Virus record (IMG/VR): IMGVR_UViG_3300002231_001563
Coordinates: 1-64,000 of that record
DNA length: 64,000 nt
Source of the DNA: a virus
Reading direction: 5' to 3' (one strand)
Position 1 is the first letter of the stretch. Every line of letters starts with the position of its first letter. Below the pieces are notes generated by a model, which was not told where the DNA came from, searched no databases, and saw only the letters and a list, made by a program, of their open reading frames with translations. Below, one piece after another: positions 25,031 to 32,785 of this stretch. The position numbers and the translations under genes are program-made.

Positions 25031-25928
25031 GAATAATATAATGAATAATAGGCAGTTTTTGAAATATATGCAATATTTGGAATTCGGTCGTCCCCCTCAC
25101 GAATTTTGGGGCTCAACTGACTTAAATCAGAATCTCGAATACCTTGAAGAAGGTGGTCCATTCGACAATACTTCGACTCCACGAAAATACAGTGATATAA
25201 ATAATTATGACCAAATTATTTATAATTATTCTATTATGAGATCGGGATCTACTCTTTTAAAACAAATTATGTCAGAGATTTTTGACTATCAAAAAATTCT
25301 TTATTTCTATAAGTGGCCACGGTTCAAGCTCTTCAATCCCCCCCAAGCATGTCACAGTCCCATCATTATGACCTATCGAGATTTCCGAGACGTAATTCTC
25401 TCTACGAGAAGGATGAGGCTTTCGATGCATGGACTCACTAAAGAGGAATCATTTAGGCACCTCCCTACAAAAAAAGAAATTCTTCTCTTGGCTGAGAGGG
25501 AGGTTATCCCCCAAATTAATGGTTTTGAGGCGGTATCAACAATGGCTAAGGATAGAATATTAATGTTAAGATACGAAGATTTTTACGGAAATTATGATCA
25601 TATTTTCGATAAATTTGAATCTTTTTTTAATAGTGAATCTTACTCTGAAATTCTAAAGCACCACGATCATCATAATGGCCTACAAATATCTCCCGATATG
25701 CGCAAACGCCTAAAATTAAAATTTTCTTTTGAGAATAATTTTAAAAAAACTGAAGCGCATAAAAATTTTAGATCATGGGATACCAATACTAAAAGTGGAC
25801 TTTCACTTCATGGCGATCACATGAATAGTGGGGTTTTGGAAGAATGGAGAGGGCTACCAAATGATTTATCTTCCTACATGACGGAAATATTATACCCATA
25901 CCTGCAGCGCTGGGGTTACGAAAAATAA
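25017..25928 (+). CDS. Sulfotransferase-like protein
   Basis: MRSGSTLL (5'-PSB-like), YRDFRDVILS (3'-PB-like), LRYEDF. Confidence 0.7.
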   Translation: MCPYRNNIMNNRQFLKYMQYLEFGRPPHEFWGSTDLNQNLEYLEEGGPFDNTSTPRKYSDINNYDQIIYNYSIMRSGSTLLKQIMSEIFDYQKILYFYKWPRFKLFNPPQACHSPIIMTYRDFRDVILSTRRMRLSMHGLTKEESFRHLPTKKEILLLAEREVIPQINGFEAVSTMAKDRILMLRYEDFYGNYDHIFDKFESFFNSESYSEILKHHDHHNGLQISPDMRKRLKLKFSFENNFKKTEAHKNFRSWDTNTKSGLSLHGDHMNSGVLEEWRGLPNDLSSYMTEILYPYLQRWGYEK

Positions 25929-26620
25929 TGAAAAATATTAAAGATATATGCTTCCTAATCTTAGCAAAATCAAACTCCCAGCGTTTACCTGGGAAGATGC
26001 ACAGGCCTTTTTCCAACACCACCCTGTTAGATGTGGCAATAACGAAACTGCTAGATTCAGAGATAATTCCCAATAGTCAGATTTATATTGCGGGTCATGG
26101 CCCAGAAGTAATAGAAATAGCAAAAAAATATAAAAACGTAAATTTGTTTAAAAGATCTGATTCTTCGATTTCCGAAGACGCCACTATTCGAGAAATTTAT
26201 GAAATTGTTGACCATATCCCTCATAAATTTTTTGTAGAAATAAACGCATGTTGCCCCCTGTTATCAATCTCGACGTTAGAAGAATTTATTGAAAAATATA
26301 TTCAATCTAATTATGATGGACTATTCGGAGTTATAAAGAGACGGACATTTTACTGGAACTCTCACGGGACTCCCCTGAGGGAGTGCACGGCCCACCTAGA
26401 CACCAAGAGGGCTAATATAATTTATGAGGCCGCTCACTGTTTATATGCTGGGTCCATGGACGATATTCGAAGAAATATTCACATGGGAACTTTCCGCTAC
26501 AGCAACGACCCAGCCATTTTTGTAATAGAAAATGAAAAGGAGTGTTGGGATGTGGACTATGAATGGCAGCTAGAGATAGCTGCAAGTATGTTTGAAAATC
26601 TATTAAGAGAGGAAAAATGA
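25928..26620 (+). CDS. neuA: CMP-nonulosonate synthetase (NeuA/PseF-like)
   Basis: LILAKSNSQRLPGK, CPLL, WDVDYEWQL. Confidence 0.85.
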   Translation: MKNIKDICFLILAKSNSQRLPGKMHRPFSNTTLLDVAITKLLDSEIIPNSQIYIAGHGPEVIEIAKKYKNVNLFKRSDSSISEDATIREIYEIVDHIPHKFFVEINACCPLLSISTLEEFIEKYIQSNYDGLFGVIKRRTFYWNSHGTPLRECTAHLDTKRANIIYEAAHCLYAGSMDDIRRNIHMGTFRYSNDPAIFVIENEKECWDVDYEWQLEIAASMFENLLREEK

Positions 26621-26811
26621 CCAAACGAACCGACTTGGAAATCATTGACGAAATTGAGCAAATTCGAACAAAAAATAATGTTAATTGGATGGACATTCTC
26701 AGACTGGTATTTACAGTCGCACCAGATGAGGCCAGAAAATTAATGTCCAGAGTTGATGATTTTGATAATAAAATCTCAACTTTAGTGAAGGAGTTAGCCG
26801 ATAATGGCTAA
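26617..26811 (+). CDS. Hypothetical protein
   Basis: ORF track; ATGA overlap; RBS GAGG. Confidence 0.7.
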   Translation: MTKRTDLEIIDEIEQIRTKNNVNWMDILRLVFTVAPDEARKLMSRVDDFDNKISTLVKELADNG

Positions 26812-27820
26812 TAAGTGTCTTGTAATAGCTGAAATAGGAATAAATCATAATGGAGATATTTCTCTAGCTAAGGAAACAATTATAGCTGCAAAAGAATGCG
26901 GAGTAGATGCAGTTAAATTCCAGACGTTTAAAGCGGAGGAATTTATAGGAGACTCCAACCTAACTTATACTTATGAATCACAAGGAAAAACCGTCACCGA
27001 ATCTCAAATAGAGATGTTCAAGAGATATGAATTTAGCCGGAACGAATGGCTGGATATAATTCAATTTTGCAATAAAAATGAAGTACTTTGCTTCACGACT
27101 CCGCAGAATAAGTCAGATTTAGACTTTATTTTAGATATTTTCAGCCCCCCTATTATAAAAGTAGGATCAGATGATCTGACAAATTTAGATCTTTTAAGAT
27201 ATTACGCCAGTAAGAAAATACCTATGATAATTTCAACAGGCATGTCATTTAGCGACGAGATCGAAGAAGCCATCGAAATACTAAGAGAATTCCCTAATTT
27301 AGATTTTACCGTCCTCCACTGTGTATCTTCTTATCCGACGGAAGATTTTGAAGTCAATATGAAAAAAATGCTGACTATTAAAGAAAAATTCAATGTTAAA
27401 ATAGGATTTTCAGACCATACCCGAGACCACCTTGCAGCTATAGTGGCTGTAGCTCAAGGGGCTGTGGTAATAGAGAAACATTTCACTCTGGATAATAACC
27501 TTCCAGGACCCGATCACCGCTTTTCAGCAAACCCGACTCAAATGAAAAAATTAGTTCAAGGCGTACGCCGTACAGAGATCTTGCTGGGTTCGCCTGACTT
27601 GGTGCCTGTCAAGAGTGAGATTGCTATGAGGTCTTTAGCGCGCCGCAGTATTGTAGTTAATAAATCCCTTCCGAAGGGGCATGTCTTATGTAGGGAGGAT
27701 CTATCTTTTAAGCGTCCGGGAACTGGTCTCCCACCCAAAAAAGTGGATGATTTTATTGGAGAAACTCTTAAGGTGAATAAATCAAAAAACGATATTATCC
27801 TTTATGAGGAGATTTTATAG
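26804..27820 (+). CDS. neuB: Nonulosonic acid synthase (NeuB/PseI family) with SAF domain
   Basis: IAEIGINHNG, VKFQTF, ISTGM, LHCVSSYP, GFSDHT, IEKHFTLD, GPDH, KRPGTGL. Confidence 0.95.
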   Translation: MANKCLVIAEIGINHNGDISLAKETIIAAKECGVDAVKFQTFKAEEFIGDSNLTYTYESQGKTVTESQIEMFKRYEFSRNEWLDIIQFCNKNEVLCFTTPQNKSDLDFILDIFSPPIIKVGSDDLTNLDLLRYYASKKIPMIISTGMSFSDEIEEAIEILREFPNLDFTVLHCVSSYPTEDFEVNMKKMLTIKEKFNVKIGFSDHTRDHLAAIVAVAQGAVVIEKHFTLDNNLPGPDHRFSANPTQMKKLVQGVRRTEILLGSPDLVPVKSEIAMRSLARRSIVVNKSLPKGHVLCREDLSFKRPGTGLPPKKVDDFIGETLKVNKSKNDIILYEEIL

Positions 27821-28263
27821 TGAATATAATAAAGAATATTCTAGTAAAATTATTGGGCTTATATCCAAACTCATTCCATCCCCTAGTATATATTAAGGGT
27901 GCTCCGGAGATAGGAGATAATGTCTTTGTTGGTTTCTATTCAGAAGTTAACGCAACAAAAGGGCGAGTTGTATTATCTGACAATTGTGATATAGCTTCAT
28001 TTGTTTCTATTAATGTGGCGGATTCTCACAAAATGTGCATAGAGATAGAAAAGGAAATTGAACGTGGTGAGATAATTTTAGAAGATAATGTTTTCGTTGG
28101 GTCTCATAGTTTTATAGGCGGGAAGACACACATAGGCCATCATTCTGTAGTAGCTGCAGGAACTATCTTGATTAATGGAGGTAAAATCCCTCCCTTTTCT
28201 TTAATAATTGGGAATCCATATGTGGTTAAAGAGGGATACTATAGAGAGAAAGAGAAAAGATAA
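27820..28263 (+). CDS. Hexapeptide-repeat (left-handed beta-helix) acyltransferase
   Basis: IGDNVFVG, LEDNVFVGSHSFI, IGHHSVVAAG, IIGNP. Confidence 0.85.
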   Translation: MNIIKNILVKLLGLYPNSFHPLVYIKGAPEIGDNVFVGFYSEVNATKGRVVLSDNCDIASFVSINVADSHKMCIEIEKEIERGEIILEDNVFVGSHSFIGGKTHIGHHSVVAAGTILINGGKIPPFSLIIGNPYVVKEGYYREKEKR

Positions 28264-28952
28264 TGGTACTAACAGCCCATCAGCCAGCATATTTGCCATG
28301 GCTTGGTTATTTTCAGAAAATGATGTTGAGTGATGAATATGTCATTTTAGATACGGTTCAGTTCGAAAAAAATAGTTTCATCAATCGTAACAAAATTAAA
28401 ACCTCTAATGGCGCCACCTGGATGACGGTTCCTGTTTTAACAAAAAACTATCGTGCCAAGACTATCGCAGACATGGAAATAAACAATGACCTCAATTGGA
28501 GAAAGAAACATTGGCTTACGTTATTAAATAATTATAAAAAAGCCCCCTTTTTTGAGCGATACGGAGATTTTTTTAAGGATATGTATACGCAAGAATGGTA
28601 TACTCTTGTAGATTTGATAAACTATTCCAATAAATTTTTTATTAACGAACTCGATATTAAGACAAAATTTATAAATTTGGGCGATTTAGATATCGCATCC
28701 AAAAAGCAAGATCTAATAATTGATTTATGCAAGGAGAGAAAATCGACAAATTTTCTATTTGGATCCCAGGGTAAAGATTATGTAGACGTGGAAAAATTCG
28801 AGCTTGAAAAAATAGAAGTATCTTTTCAAGATTATTGTCACCCCACATATCGGCAGCAGTGGGGAGACTTTATTCCTTATTTGTCGGTAGTGGATCTGCT
28901 GTTTAATGAAGGTCCGGAAAAGTCTAAACATTTAATAAGAGGTGAAAAATGA
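28263..28952 (+). CDS. wbqC: WbqC-like protein
   Basis: HQPAYLPWLGYF, DTVQF, RNKI, LSVVDLLFN. Confidence 0.9.
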   Translation: MVLTAHQPAYLPWLGYFQKMMLSDEYVILDTVQFEKNSFINRNKIKTSNGATWMTVPVLTKNYRAKTIADMEINNDLNWRKKHWLTLLNNYKKAPFFERYGDFFKDMYTQEWYTLVDLINYSNKFFINELDIKTKFINLGDLDIASKKQDLIIDLCKERKSTNFLFGSQGKDYVDVEKFELEKIEVSFQDYCHPTYRQQWGDFIPYLSVVDLLFNEGPEKSKHLIRGEK

Positions 28953-29629
28953 ATAATACGGAATATTGGAAATCATTTTATGATAATAGGGCGTCTCTCG
29001 ATCCATACAAGAGTCCCGCTAGAAGTGGATTGATGCCGTATGACGAGATGGCTGAAATATTAGATAAATTTTTAAAATTTAAAAAAGAGGATAGTGTGGC
29101 AGACATTGGTGGAGCTAATGGGGGTGTGGCACTTGAGGTTCATGAGATGGTAGGCGGGATTGTTATTTCCGATATCTCATCTGGCCAAATTGAGTGTGCC
29201 AAGAAGATCATGCAACAAAGAAATATTAAAAATGTTACGTGCATATGCACAGCCCTGCCAGACCTAGGAGAGCTTCCCGATGAAGCTTTCGATAAGGCCT
29301 ATGCTGGAGGGGTATTTATGTATGTTTCCAAAGATGAATTACAAGAAGCAATGCAAAACATGTTTCGCATCCTGAAGGTAGGCGGACAAATTTTGATTTT
29401 TCATATTTTCTCGGAAGAGATGAAGTCTCTCAATCCAGAAGGGAGATATAACCACTTGGTGAGTTTTTATAACTTTGAGGAACTCAAACGGGCAGCTCTT
29501 GAAGCCGGGTTCAAGAGTTGTGAAAAAATAAATTTTATGTCCAATGCGAGAGAATACCCTGAAAGATGGAAAAATTCAATTCAAGTGGATAATCCTCATA
29601 TAAATTTAAGCGTTTTATTAAACAAATAG
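28949..29629 (+). CDS. Class I SAM-dependent methyltransferase
   Basis: VADIGGANG, SDISSGQI, FDKAY, LKVGGQI. Confidence 0.85.
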   Translation: MNNTEYWKSFYDNRASLDPYKSPARSGLMPYDEMAEILDKFLKFKKEDSVADIGGANGGVALEVHEMVGGIVISDISSGQIECAKKIMQQRNIKNVTCICTALPDLGELPDEAFDKAYAGGVFMYVSKDELQEAMQNMFRILKVGGQILIFHIFSEEMKSLNPEGRYNHLVSFYNFEELKRAALEAGFKSCEKINFMSNAREYPERWKNSIQVDNPHINLSVLLNK

Positions 29630-29638
29630 GGAGTCATA

Positions 29639-30283
29639 ATGAAAGAAACAGATCAAATAAAGTTTTGGAAAAAAGTGGGAACATCTTATACTGACGCCAA
29701 CGACGATTGGAATTCTAGCACTCAAAATTTTAGGATTTCTCATGCTAATTCATATATCTTAAAAGATTTTGGATCTATAGACAGGGATGCTAAAATTTTA
29801 GAAGTGGGGTGCAATGTCGGAAGAAATCTACATGTACTCCACCAAGATGGTTTTAAAAATTTATATGGAATAGATATACAATCATATGCTGTAGAGAAAT
29901 TAAAAGAAAGAGTCCCTAATGTAAATGCGCAAGTCTCATCAGCCCTGGATCTTCCCTTTGAGGATGGTTTTTTTGATGTTGTCTATACGGCAGGTGTCCT
30001 CATCCACATTAGCCCCAATGACATCGCGAGGGTTGTTGAGGAAATATGTCGGTGTGTGAAGCCTGGGGGGTATATTTGGGGATGTGAGTTATACCACGAT
30101 AATAATGTGGCGATCCCATGGAGAAATAATATTGAGGCCTGCTGGGCGGATAATTTCCCCCTCATTTATTTAGATAATAATAATAATTTAGAGCTTTTAA
30201 GGGAAGAAAAAATTCCCCTTCCTGGGGGAAGAAGCAATCGCCAGCAACATATATATTTATTTAAAAAAGGACACCATGAGTAG
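29639..30283 (+). CDS. SAM methyltransferase resembling the pseudaminic-acid-associated methylase
   Basis: QIKFW...SYTD, ILEVGCNVGRNL, FDVVYTAGVLIHI. Confidence 0.8.
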   Translation: MKETDQIKFWKKVGTSYTDANDDWNSSTQNFRISHANSYILKDFGSIDRDAKILEVGCNVGRNLHVLHQDGFKNLYGIDIQSYAVEKLKERVPNVNAQVSSALDLPFEDGFFDVVYTAGVLIHISPNDIARVVEEICRCVKPGGYIWGCELYHDNNVAIPWRNNIEACWADNFPLIYLDNNNNLELLREEKIPLPGGRSNRQQHIYLFKKGHHE

Positions 30284-30923
30284 AATTTTAGTATTAGCCG
30301 CGCACCCAGATGATGAGACCCTTGGCTGTGGAGCAACATTAGCCAAATTATCGCTAGAAGGCCACCACATTAGACTATTAACTTTTACTGATGGAGTCGG
30401 CGCGCGAAATAATCATTCCGCAAGTAGAAGTAGGCAGCTGGATAAACTTTGCGATATTCTGGGAATAGAAGATTATATCTGCGGCACTTTTCCAGATAAT
30501 AGATTAGATACGGCGCCTCTGTTGGAAGTCTGTAAATTCATCGAAAAAAGTGTAGATTTTACTCCAGACATTATTTTTACCCATCACCCTAACTGCTTAA
30601 ATATTGATCACTCTATTGTTTCCCGCGCAACTTTGACGTCATTCAGGCCCCAAGACGGAGTTCATCAAGAGATTTACAGTTATTATGTACCTTCATCGAC
30701 AGACTATAATCCTTTATCTAATTTTAGTGGGAATACTTATTTTGACGTGGGGACCTTTGTGGATAAGAAATTGAATGCCCTCAAAGAGTGTTATGATGAA
30801 GAGATGCGCCCATACCCTCATGCCAGGAGTTATGAAAACGTTATTAATCTCATGAGAGTATGGGGCTCGGAAGTGGGTATCCCCTATGCCGAGAAATTTC
30901 AATTATTGAGGAAAATTATATAA
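30276..30923 (+). CDS. PIG-L/LmbE family de-N-acetylase
   Basis: AHPDDETLGCG, THHP...DH, YAEKF. Confidence 0.9.
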   Translation: MSRILVLAAHPDDETLGCGATLAKLSLEGHHIRLLTFTDGVGARNNHSASRSRQLDKLCDILGIEDYICGTFPDNRLDTAPLLEVCKFIEKSVDFTPDIIFTHHPNCLNIDHSIVSRATLTSFRPQDGVHQEIYSYYVPSSTDYNPLSNFSGNTYFDVGTFVDKKLNALKECYDEEMRPYPHARSYENVINLMRVWGSEVGIPYAEKFQLLRKII

Positions 30924-30949
30924 AACTTTATAATAATGCACTTTAATAC

Positions 30950-30978
30950 TTGACAATAGTCGATATTGGTGTTATAAT
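30950..30978 (+). promoter_or_regulatory. Sigma70 promoter TTGACA-N17-TATAAT with extended -10
   Basis: Perfect consensus plus TG; heads the operon containing the phage sigma-like gene. Confidence 0.9.
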
Positions 30979-31011
30979 AGTATTATTGTTTTAAATGAAA
31001 AGGAGAACAAT

Positions 31012-31215
31012 ATGAAATTAACTAATCAAGCTTTGGGTGCTGTGATGTTGGCACTACAAAAATCTATCATGGAGCAGACCGATATTGTACCCGTGTTGCA
31101 GGGGTTTATTTTTGCAGATACGGAAGGTGGCCTCATTGTGGAGAATCCCCCTATTTTGGAATTCGACAACAATGATGAGAATGAAGAGGTTAATGAGGAT
31201 AATGCCCTGTTATAA
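31012..31215 (+). CDS. Hypothetical protein
   Basis: Strong RBS AAGGAGA. Confidence 0.75.
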   Translation: MKLTNQALGAVMLALQKSIMEQTDIVPVLQGFIFADTEGGLIVENPPILEFDNNDENEEVNEDNALL

Positions 31216-31465
31216 CTATCACTGCCAAGCATGTGATGAATATTTTGAAATACAACATGCCATGACTGAAAACCAGGAGAATTGCTTAAAATGCGACTCT
31301 CTTGAATTCAAGCGTGTCTTGTCTGTACCGCTCTATGTGAAAAAAATAAATAAAAATACACAAGATGCGCAACCTGGATCCCTAGTGGAAGAGTATATTG
31401 AGAAAAACCGCCAAGCGGTGAAAGAAGAGAAAAATCGACTAAGCAAGCAGGAGTATAAACCATGA
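31202..31465 (+). CDS. FmdB-family zinc-ribbon protein
   Basis: MPCYNYHCQAC...CLKC...KRVLS; true start 31202. Confidence 0.8.
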   Translation: MPCYNYHCQACDEYFEIQHAMTENQENCLKCDSLEFKRVLSVPLYVKKINKNTQDAQPGSLVEEYIEKNRQAVKEEKNRLSKQEYKP

Positions 31466-31818
31466 ATATCACTCTCCTTACAATAGGCCTGGTTGCGACT
31501 TTATTATTCTCTCTTGCCATAAATATAGGCTTGGTGTGGTACAGTTTCTCGGCCATACGACAAATAAGATTCTATGATGATGAATTAAAAGAAATGATGT
31601 CAATTATAGATAATTTTTGCACTCACCTTAGAGATGTTTATAAAATGGATATGTTTTATGGAGACGAGACTCTAAGACACTTATTGAGACATGCGCAGGG
31701 AATAACAGAAGTTTTCCAGGATTATAGTTTGTATTTTGATGAGTATGTATTTGAGGAGGATGATTTCGATAATGACGACAGCAAAGCCGAAAAAGAAAAG
31801 AAGAATTCGCAGAAGTAA
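31462..31818 (+). CDS. Membrane-anchored hypothetical protein
   Basis: N-terminal TM segment, acidic tail; RBS GGAG. Confidence 0.7.
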   Translation: MNITLLTIGLVATLLFSLAINIGLVWYSFSAIRQIRFYDDELKEMMSIIDNFCTHLRDVYKMDMFYGDETLRHLLRHAQGITEVFQDYSLYFDEYVFEEDDFDNDDSKAEKEKKNSQK

Positions 31819-32491
31819 AAATTCTAGAAACTATTTTACTAAAGTTCATGAAAATGCGATTATAGAATACAACAATCCAGATACCTCTTTCGCGAGAAGG
31901 GAAGAGCTTTATGTAACACTCTTGCGCCCCGCTTTTGATCAGATGGTGGATAAAATAGTGTTCACTTATAGATTTACGACGCTGCCCAATATTGATTCCT
32001 TGCGAGACGAATGTAAAATTTGGCTTATTACAGTCTTGGATAAATTTAAACCAGAAAAAGGATCGAAAGCCTTTTCATATTTTTCTGTTATAACCAAAAA
32101 CTGGTTTATTCAGAAGGTAAAGAAAAATAAGAAAAGCCGCCAACGAGAGATAGAGTTGGGCGAATTGTCCAAGGAATTGGAACAAAAATATATTTCTATT
32201 GAAAATGAATATGATGATCTAAGGGAGAAGGACGAATTTTGGCAACATCTTTGGAAGGAAATAGACACCTGGGACACCGATAAGTTAAAAGAAAATGAAA
32301 AGAAAGTTCTCGAAGCTGTAAAAATCCTCCTAAACTCCCCAGATGATATCGAAATTTTTAATAAGAAAGCTATTTATTTGTATATGAGAGAAATAACGGG
32401 CCTCAATACTAAGCAAATTGTTAACTCTTTAAACAAAATGCGAAAAAAATACAAGACATTTAAAAATAAGTGGGACCGGGGAGACGCATGA
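31772..32491 (+). CDS. Phage sigma-factor-like protein (probable late sigma)
   Basis: Region-2-like LDKFKPEKGSKAFSYFSVITKN; C-terminal HTH-like EITGLNTKQIVNSLNKMRKK; start probably 31772. Confidence 0.7.
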   Translation: MTTAKPKKKRRIRRSKNSRNYFTKVHENAIIEYNNPDTSFARREELYVTLLRPAFDQMVDKIVFTYRFTTLPNIDSLRDECKIWLITVLDKFKPEKGSKAFSYFSVITKNWFIQKVKKNKKSRQREIELGELSKELEQKYISIENEYDDLREKDEFWQHLWKEIDTWDTDKLKENEKKVLEAVKILLNSPDDIEIFNKKAIYLYMREITGLNTKQIVNSLNKMRKKYKTFKNKWDRGDA

Positions 32492-32494
32492 TAA

Positions 32495-32785
32495 ATGAAA
32501 GAGCTAGAAAAATATATTCAAGAAGTTACTGATAACATTCGCGAAGACCGCCGCGTCACCAGGCGACTACTAGATGACGTAATGGTATACCTCAGCAAGA
32601 GTGAGGAGCGTCACCGCGAAGTAGGTATCACAGCGGCAAAATATGTAGAAACTCTTCAGCGCTCTAATGAGCAGCTTGTAAAAATCGCATCTTTGTTACA
32701 ACGAAAGAGCACCAAGCAAACGGGCCTCACCGACGATGACAAAAAAGATATCTTCGATCTTTTACAGGGAGACGTCCCTGAATGA
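32495..32785 (+). CDS. Hypothetical helical protein
   Basis: ORF track; tight coupling to neighbours. Confidence 0.7.
   Translation: MKELEKYIQEVTDNIREDRRVTRRLLDDVMVYLSKSEERHREVGITAAKYVETLQRSNEQLVKIASLLQRKSTKQTGLTDDDKKDIFDLLQGDVPE

Noticed and set aside
18872-30923. Cluster as a DNA hypermodification pathway
   Set aside because: No base-hydroxymethylase, thymidylate-synthase-like or kinase partner is in the window, and CMP-nonulosonate enzymes point to surface glycans; not fully excluded for the GT4s.
18872-30923. Cluster as contaminating bacterial chromosome
   Set aside because: Genes are translationally coupled to the Cas4-like gene, flanked by the same promoter type, and continuous with phage genes, with no integrase, IS or housekeeping genes at the junctions.
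32495-32785. Small terminase subunit
   Set aside because: The size and helical character fit, but there is no diagnostic motif and no large terminase nearby; left as hypothetical.
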